This document shows positions 55,986 to 64,000 of a stretch of 64,000 bases of DNA, in pieces. The translations under genes and the position numbers were made by a program. The notes beneath the pieces are model-generated. The model saw only the letters and a program-made list of their open reading frames with translations. It searched no databases and was not told the DNA's origin. Each line of letters opens with the position of its first letter. Within the stretch, counting starts at the first letter, position 1. The stretch lies in NCBI RefSeq assembly GCF_009914755.1, contig NC_060947.1. One strand, 5' to 3'. Source of the DNA: the human T2T-CHM13v2.0 reference genome, Homo sapiens.

Positions 55986-57734
55986 GAATGAAGAAAGGCT
56001 TTGGGTCCCAGTGGCCTCCAGGTATACCAGGGTATTCTTAGTAGGTATTGTTGATCTTGAGCACCATTGTAGGAGACTTCAGCACAAGTGAGATGAATCC
56101 CATCCCCTTGCTTTTTGTGCATTAATGAAGTCTCTTTTAAATGGGAGGAGTAGGGAGTCTGAAGGGAATGCATATTAGAAAAGTTGTATTCCATAGCACA
56201 TTTAACACATTCCCCAAATAATCAAGAATCTGACTCAAAAGTCTGGGTATTGACTTAATGCTTTTTTTTTCCTTCCCCTAAAGAGGTAGAACAGATTCCC
56301 AAGAAAAGTTTATTGCTTTCACTTGCCTAGTACAATATCCCCAGAGACACATTTTCGCAGGCTAGAAGCAGGCCCATTACTGCACTACAGTGTGTGGGGG
56401 AGGGGTATATGAAGGGAGACAGGTTCTTTTTCACTAACTGCCTGATTGATTCCAAATGACCATGGTGTACTGCTGTTAGGGTTCCAGGGTGTATTCATTA
56501 AGAAGATGATTTTTTTTATGACAAAGGTAATTTTAGTTAGAATTTTATAATAAAGCATTCGTGTAATTCTATGGCTCCTCGAAACCACCTGAGCTGAGAA
56601 GTCTTACTGTGTTAAGAACCACAAGACTGCTAAAGAAATAAGGTCATTAATATTTAATAATAGGCAGCCTATAGCTTTTAAGCACATGCTATCATCTTCT
56701 CTGAACACAGGCCCTATAACCCAGGAGACCAAATAGCACGTACCTGTTAGTATCTCTACTTTTTTTGTAAAGTATTTCTGTAAAAGTGTCTTCATCCTAA
56801 GACTCTAGGATACTGCCCAGAGATAAGGTGGAGTGGAAGAAGCATGGACTAGGAGTAATAGGGCTAATTTCTAGTCTAGCAATATCCTAACCTTGCAATT
56901 TGGGTAAATTGCTTTCCTTAATATGGTTTTCTAATTTTAAAGGCATAATCAGGACTAAAACCCCAAACTAATAACTGCTGGCCCCAAATCCACTGTTCTT
57001 TTCAATATGCCACTGTGCTGCTGTTTTATAACTATTTAAATTTCTTGCTTTTTTAATCCAAAACACTTCATTTTCTTCTCTTTCACAGCTCTAGTCATAC
57101 TCAAGTAGTATAGTTATTTACATATGACAAGGATGTTCTTTACTTGACCTGATATTTCTACCATCTTGCATCGTATCTGAAAGTTTTTGGGTGTTCAATT
57201 ATTGCTTATGGTATTAACGACCCTTATGCTTTTAACTATTTTTTGAATTTTTTGTATGAAAATTTGTGTTTACTCTCACCAAGAACATAGAATATTGCAG
57301 TTCTCCACACACACTTCCCATGTCTTATTCTCTCTCTATTGTTAATCCTCAGACATTTTGACAATGCGAGGTTTGAGTAACCCTAGCTTCTCCAGATTAC
57401 AGCGTGTGAAATTGAGGAGGACTTGTGAATCTGTGGATGTAATGTGCATTAGAGTGGTGATAATTATGAGAATACTCACTAGCTCAGAGCACCCCCCAGA
57501 AGAGTTTCTGGGGCTTCAAGCCATTCTTTCCTCAGGTCCCCTCATTTCCCCTGGCTGAATCAGTACAGGCTCATGACTTCTTCTTGGTCATTACAACTCA
57601 GATATTGCAATTGATGGTGCCACATCTTTCTGGCTTCATGGGGCTTTAAGTTTTAAGTATCAGGCATTTCACTAGGGCTTGTCATTATCTTCACGGCCAA
57701 TACAGACCTAGTGACACTGGGCCCTTTGGACCCC

Positions 57735-57735
<1 letters not shown>

Positions 57736-57771
<36 letters not shown>

Positions 57772-57783
57772 ACACACACACAC
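57736..57783. repeat. (CA)n microsatellite, one interruption
   Basis: Read directly. Confidence 0.95.
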
Positions 57784-58499
57784 TGACTATGTTCTCAATT
57801 GAGAGGACTCACTACCACCAAGATTACAGCTCTTTTAATTAAGAGCTTACTCCTCCAATTTTTTATATACCTTGTACCTCCTACAGGCACAAAGATCAGC
57901 TCTCTCATGGCAGGTTAAAAGGTTTGAGGCTGCCATCTGATTCTTCAATCAAAGTTGGTCTCCTCTGCCAGTATCCAGACCTAGAACCTGGGTGCCTGAA
58001 TTATTCTCTACCTCAAAGTCTGTCATCTGCTGCCCTCCTCAGGAGCTTCACTTATCCAGAGGGCAAAAGCAACTTTTGCGCCATTTTTGGTTGAGCCTTA
58101 AAAGTTCAAGGATGAAGCTGTGAGTACAAAGTTGCTTAAAGTTTTTTTCCTGTGGCACATCAGGATTGCACTCTAAAGGACACTTGTTGCTTTGCCATGG
58201 CATGAGCAGATTCTAGAGTTGAGCATGCATATCTGCTGCACCAATCCACAGTCTTCAAAAACTCTGCAAAAGGTTTTTCACCTGCCGTAAGTCACCTTAC
58301 AAAAAAAAAAAAAAAAAAAAAAAACCCCTGCACAGTGTATATATTTCAAAAACTCTTTGTGCAATCACATTTTCTTCAGAGAATATTTTAAAAGGTTTTA
58401 TGCTGTTTAGATGCAATCTGAAATGTCAACAATCCTTCCATGCTTTTAAAAACTACTCATGATGTTCTTCTCAATTCTAAAAATCAGAACCTCTATACT

Positions 58500-58990
58500 G
58501 GATGTTTGCAACATTCTCTCTTAAAGGTGTTTGCTTTTTCACACTATATTATGTTGCTAAGAGGCATACCTATTATGTGTTGTGCAAGTAGTTCATTCAT
58601 TCTGACTTCTATATAATATTCCACCGTGTGAACATACCAAAATTTACACACTTTCCTGTTTTGGGGCATTGGGGCTATTTTCTCAGTTTGTTTGTTTGTT
58701 TGTTGCTATCATGAAGTGTTGTTATAAACAATCTTGAACATTTCTCCTGGTATAAATGTGAAAGAGTGCTTGTTAGTTTTTACTGAATGAAATTACTAGT
58801 TTGTATAAAATGTGAATGTTCAGTTTTAGAGGATAATCCCAACCTGGTTTCCAGAGTGATCATTAACAGTTTATAGGCCTACCACTAATGTTTAAGAGAT
58901 TCTGTTAATACACATGCTAGCTATACTTGGTATGTCATACTTTTAAATATTTTAAATATTTGCCAATATTAATAAATATAAATTGATAAA
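58500..58990 (-). mobile_element. L1ME 3' region
   Basis: tagttcattcattctgac...atataatattccaccgtgtgaacataccaaaattta. Confidence 0.65.
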
Positions 58991-59439
58991 AAAATAAAGA
59001 TACGCAGGTTATTTCTGCCATTTTCCCTTAAACACATTCCTCTTTCCGCTCTCCTGAGATACCTTGGCCTCAGTTCCTTCATTTGAGCTGAATATTTTAA
59101 TATGATCTTCCTTTAGAGCCAAGAAAACCACTAAGTCAAAGAAAACTAAATAGGAAACAGGTAACATGTCACCATCTTTAAGGCTTCTTGCTAATGCTGG
59201 AGGAAAACCTTGGCAAGCAAGATATGAAAAACTCCTGTGTGTTAAGTAGAGGTCTCGTTACTGGTTGATGTAATCTAATAAGCACAACTCTTAGGAGTGT
59301 TCTCTGACTGGTTTCTGTTCCTTTCCCTATATTTTCTGTGACATATAAATGAATAGGGCTGACCTATAGCACTGTACGCCAAACATAGTGGTCTCTATTT
59401 CTGCCTCAGTGATGTGTCAGTTTAAAACTTTGCCCATTT

Positions 59440-60960
59440 TTTAAAAAATTTTTTTATTTCTAAATAATTTTAGATTTATGGAAGAGTTGCATGTTGAATT
59501 TATTTCATAGATATAGGATTATTCTGGTTATATATTTCTTCTTAAATGAGCTTTCAGTAACTCGTGTCTTTCAAGAAATTTGTCCATCTCATTTAAGTTG
59601 TTAAAATTATAGGCATAAAGTTGTTCACAATATTCCCTTATCATCTTTTAAAATCTGTAGATTCTGTAATGGTGAGAGAGTGAACTTCTCTTATTTATGA
59701 TATTGATAATTTGTGTATTTGATATTTTTTTCCTGAACAGGGTGGCTAGAGGTTTATTAATTTTATCAATCTCAAAAAAATCTTTTGATTTCATTGATTT
59801 TCTCTATCTTTTCTTTATTAATTATTGATATCTGTTCTGATCTTTAAATTTTTTTCTTCTATTTATGTTGAGTTTTTTTGCTCTCTTTGTACTATTTTAT
59901 GGTAGAAATTGAAGTAACTGATTTAACAATTTTCTCTTTTTCTACTATAAGCATTTAGTACTGTAAATGTCCTCTCAGTACTGCTTTAGTGGCACCCAAC
60001 AAATTTGTATGTATGTGTTTTGTTTTCATTTTTATTTGATTCAGTATATTTTAAAATTTCTCTGTTGGTATATTCTTTGGACCATGGGTTATTAGAAGTA
60101 TGTTATCCTGTTCCCAAATATTTGGGGTTATTCCAGAGATCTCTCTGATATTGATTTCTAATTTAATTCCCTTGTGGTCAGAGAATACACTTTATATGAC
60201 TTTAAACTTTTTAAATTTATTAAGACTTGTTTTATGGCCTGGAAAATGGTTTATCTTGGTAAATGTTCTATGTGCACTTGAAAAGAATATTACTTGGGTA
60301 CAGTGTGATCTTTTGGGTCTTGTTTTTATGATTTATAATACAATTCCAAAGCAGTGATCAGTCTAAGGCTAATTATTTCCCAGCACTAAGTCAAGACCTT
60401 CTTAAGTACTTTACTTAATGTTCCATGAATTATAAGTTTTACAGTCTAACTGATGGTAACAAGGCACTATGCTTGGTCCTATATGAACACTAAGCACTGT
60501 TCTCCTTAATTCTTTTGGAGGGTTCTTCACAAGTCTTGGGTAGTTTCCTCACATACATGGGCTCATTAGTACTCTGCTGAATAATTGAAGTTGGCCCCTC
60601 TGTTGTTCCCTAGAGTCCTTGCTCTGCCCATTTCTCTCCTCACTGATATTTTGTCTTATAAACTTTATCTGCCTTCATGTCTCTGGACACTTGAGCTCAT
60701 TCATAAAACTCAGAGTCTTTTAGGTTCTATTCCAGTTTCCCCTCTCCTTCCAATGGCCTAGAAACTCTATCACAGTAGTAAACTGGAATCTTTGGGCTCA
60801 CTCCATTTGTTTCCCATTTCTTAAGGCTCACTTTCCTTTATTGCCTGTTGTCCAATGTCTTGAAAAACATAGTTTCATTTATTTTGTCTGGCTTTTGGCA
60901 AGTTTCCAGTGGTAGAGGAAACATAGTTTCTGTAATTCCATCCTGATCACAAGCAGAAGT
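59440..60960 (-). mobile_element. L1MC-like, internally deleted (3' tip, ORF2 piece, 5'UTR)
   Basis: 3' tip aataattttagatttatggaagagttgc; ORF2 59490-60290; 5'UTR ending ccatcctgatcacaagcagaagt. Confidence 0.7.
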
Positions 60961-61486
60961 TTCACCTTATCAGGTATGAAACTTTGGTTGTAAATATATA
61001 GTTGAGTTTTCTACATGTCCTACACCAAGAAGAAAATCCAAACAAAATTATGTGATTTAACATGCTGTTAATCACTTCTTCCATAATTTTAATATCTTTA
61101 AAAGCACTTTTCAAGACTCAGTCATCTTCTGTAGATTCAAATTAATAGAATAAAATGGTTTATTCAGATAGACCATTTGCCTGAGTTGGACGAGATCATA
61201 TGTCTATATTTAGCCGTGATTTAGTGCTTGTTTGCAAATGAGGATAAATCTTCCTGAGTAGAGATACTGGCATCTGTCTGCTCTGTTCAGCTTTATGGAA
61301 GGTAATAATTCTCTGTAATGGCATAATTTACATTCTATATCTTCACACACAAAAAAAGGATAGCGCTCCTTTCCTAGCCAAATTGTCCCAGAAACATAAT
61401 CACAATTCTAAGGCCTCCCCTCTCTTCATGGAAATGCAAAAAGTATGGAAAATGTTTTCCTCCAAATCGGCATCAATATTAGATAT

Positions 61487-61888
61487 TGTTATGGACTGAG
61501 TACTTGTGTCTCCTCAAAATTTATATCTTGAAGTCCTAACCTCTAATGTGATGGTATTTAATTGTAAATACCATCTTTGTGCAGTAATTAAGTTTAGATT
61601 AAGTCATGAAAGTGAAATCCTCATGATAGAATTAGTGCCTTAATAACAAAAGGGAGAGAGAGAGAGAGAGAACTCTCTCTGTATTCATGTATTGAGAAAA
61701 GGCCATGTGAGGACACCGGGAGAAGACAGCCATCTGTAACCTAGAAAACGGGCTCTCACCAGACACGGAATATACTAGTACCTTGATCTTGGACTTCCCA
61801 GCCTCTAGTACTATGAGAAATAAATGTATGTTGTTCAAGCCATCCAGTTCATGGTATTTGTTTATAGCAACCCAAGCAAACTAAGAAA
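61487..61888 (+). mobile_element. MLT1A/A0 MaLR solo LTR
   Basis: tgttatggactga...gccatgtgaggacac...ccttgatcttggacttcccagcc...ctaaga. Confidence 0.88.
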
Positions 61889-63149
61889 TACATATAATAT
61901 AAATCTAAGAAATTCTAATTTCAGAGCTGTCCAGAATTCTGTTGGGCTAATTAAATACCCAGCCTATTCCTCAGTTTTTGGTCAGCAGTAATAAGATAGC
62001 AGTATTGAATTAAATTACAGAGATGTTGTGTAGAATAATCTATAAAACACTTTCACAAAACAAATATAAGCAAGAATATTTTTAAATTGGGTTCCTAATA
62101 TTTTCTAAAAGATTTTATATAAAACCTCAACTCAAGACCCAGGAATTCTTACACAATTATTAGTAATGTTGCATTTCTTTTTATTACTCCACAAGAATAA
62201 CCACAATGTTATATTCATAGAGAGGACCCTGTCACCATGTTGTGTAGGTGCCATGTAGCCTATTATATACACTTCAGTGTTCAAGTTGAATAAGAATATC
62301 ACAATTCTTACTTTCACCATCAGTGTATTCCTGATACATAAAATCCTTATGTATCAGGAATAAAAATATTTTGGTTCTACCCTGCCAGAATGAAAGAATT
62401 GTATCTAGAAGGGAACCCCTCTACCTTGTTGGTTATGAGGAAATTCAGAGACCCATAGGTGAAAATGATAGGTCTTGGATTTTTAGACACCTGTCTCTTT
62501 CATAGTTTTTTGCTGTTGTTATTTTGCATTTGAGGTTTGAAATGTCCACTGGCCATGTCAAGTGGAGATTTGAGGCAATTGTAAAAACGACTGGGGAGGA
62601 ATATATGCAAACAAAATGCATTGCAGAAATACAGCCAAGCATTTCAGGCAATAACAGTGAGTTGTGGATTTGCTTTTGCTTGAATTAGATAATTTCTTCA
62701 TCTTTTTAATATTTGATTTGCCAGTAGAGACTTGGCAAGAGAATATTTATTTCAACAGTGACTCCTGTGTCACATAGAAATATAATTAGTTTGATTATAA
62801 TAATCTCTGTTAAGTAAATAAGATAATTCATTTGGAAATAAGTCTTTTTTTAAGAGCATTGGTCAGCCATATATTATCCTGAAATTGTATTCCTGGTTAA
62901 TTCAAGCTTTAAATTTTAAAATTAGTTAATGGTAACCTGATTTCACCTATTATCATGTTGAAACTGTTGTTTGACCTGTCATTATAGTTAGAAATGACTG
63001 TCAATAATGATAATGAAGACCTCTGTCTTTGGAATACACAAATATGTGTAATAACCAGTGGTTGGCACAGATTAAAGTTGCCCACATATAGCCTTAAAGT
63101 CATTGGTTAGAGAAGTGTAAAGTTTAGAAATACATGAGTTCTGTCCAAC

Positions 63150-64000
63150 TCATGAAAATGGAAACAATAGAATAAATGTGAAGAGCAGAAGAAATGAAAT
63201 ATTAGCCTTAAAAGTGGAAATTACTAAAATAGGAAAACTAAACAGATATGGTTATCAAAGCAAAATCTGTTTTGGAAAAGATTAATGAGATACATACACT
63301 TCTGGCTAGACAGACTGACCTATGAAAAAAGAGAAAAAAAAACAATATTTTTTATAAAATGGGGTTGCTATGAAAGATATAAATACAAACGTAAACACTA
63401 AAATAAAAGTACAAATTTCCTAAATGCCAAAAAGTAATTAAAAAGCTGTAAAGATCAACCAAAAAAGAACAAGAGGAGAAATTATAACACAAATCAATAT
63501 GATAAATTGAAATATGTCAGTCATATTAATAAATATGAAAAGGCTAAACTCACCTGTTTAAAAAAATGTTTTTCAAATTGGCACATAAAGCAAACACAAC
63601 TCTATTCTGTATATAGAGAAATATAAAAAATGTAAGGATTCTAATAATCTAAAAATAGAGATATGAGCAAATATTTACTATTGAAATGGAAAAAATAAGA
63701 AAACAGAAACTTACAATCCTGTCATTAAATTAGAATTCAGGATCAAAAGTAATAAGTGAAATGGAGAAAGATGCTTCATAGTGCTAAAAGTCACAATCCA
63801 AATTAAAGATAAAATAGATATGAATAAGTACCAAATAATAGCAATTACCTATATAAAAAAGGAACTATAAAAAGTGCAAAGAAAATAAATAGAAATGCAT
63901 AATTGATAGAAGATTTTAACACACTATTCTCAGTACAAGTAAAGTGGACCATTAATTAATTAATTAATAATCTAAATAGCAAAAGCAATAAGGCATACTA
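63150..64000 (+). mobile_element. Old L1M ORF2 fragments (two pieces out of consensus order)
   Basis: 63150-63380 is post-EN sequence (gaaaagattaatgagatac); 63500-64000 is the EN start (aaatatgaaaaggctaaactcacct...gattttaacacactattctc). Confidence 0.6.

Overview
This is AT-rich, CpG-depleted primate (human-like) genomic DNA, shown by full-length dimeric Alus and L1PA 3' ends. No protein-coding gene, tRNA, rRNA, CRISPR array or intact transposase/RT ORF can be supported. The ORF track consists mostly of short frames over Alu, L1 and LTR sequence; the remaining short frames match nothing I recognise. Most of the window is a layered archive of transposable elements: L1M/L1PA/L1PB, HAL1, L2, MIR, 11 Alus plus a FAM, MaLR/ERVL/ERV1 solo LTRs and hAT MITEs. 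Family names come from my recall of consensus sequences, so subfamily labels and ends without a TSD are approximate. I did not find a new biological system. The most interesting structures are: (1) a TSD-flanked L1 with only 5'UTR+ORF1 and no ORF2 or poly(A) (3303-6851); (2) a 10 kb four-level nest (8240-18830) containing an internal inversion and a tailless L1PA patch at a deletion junction; (3) several perfect short hairpins, one of which overwrites a known LTR consensus (template-switch signature); (4) a strong Alu strand bias with one inverted pair; (5) a few candidate + strand non-coding exons.
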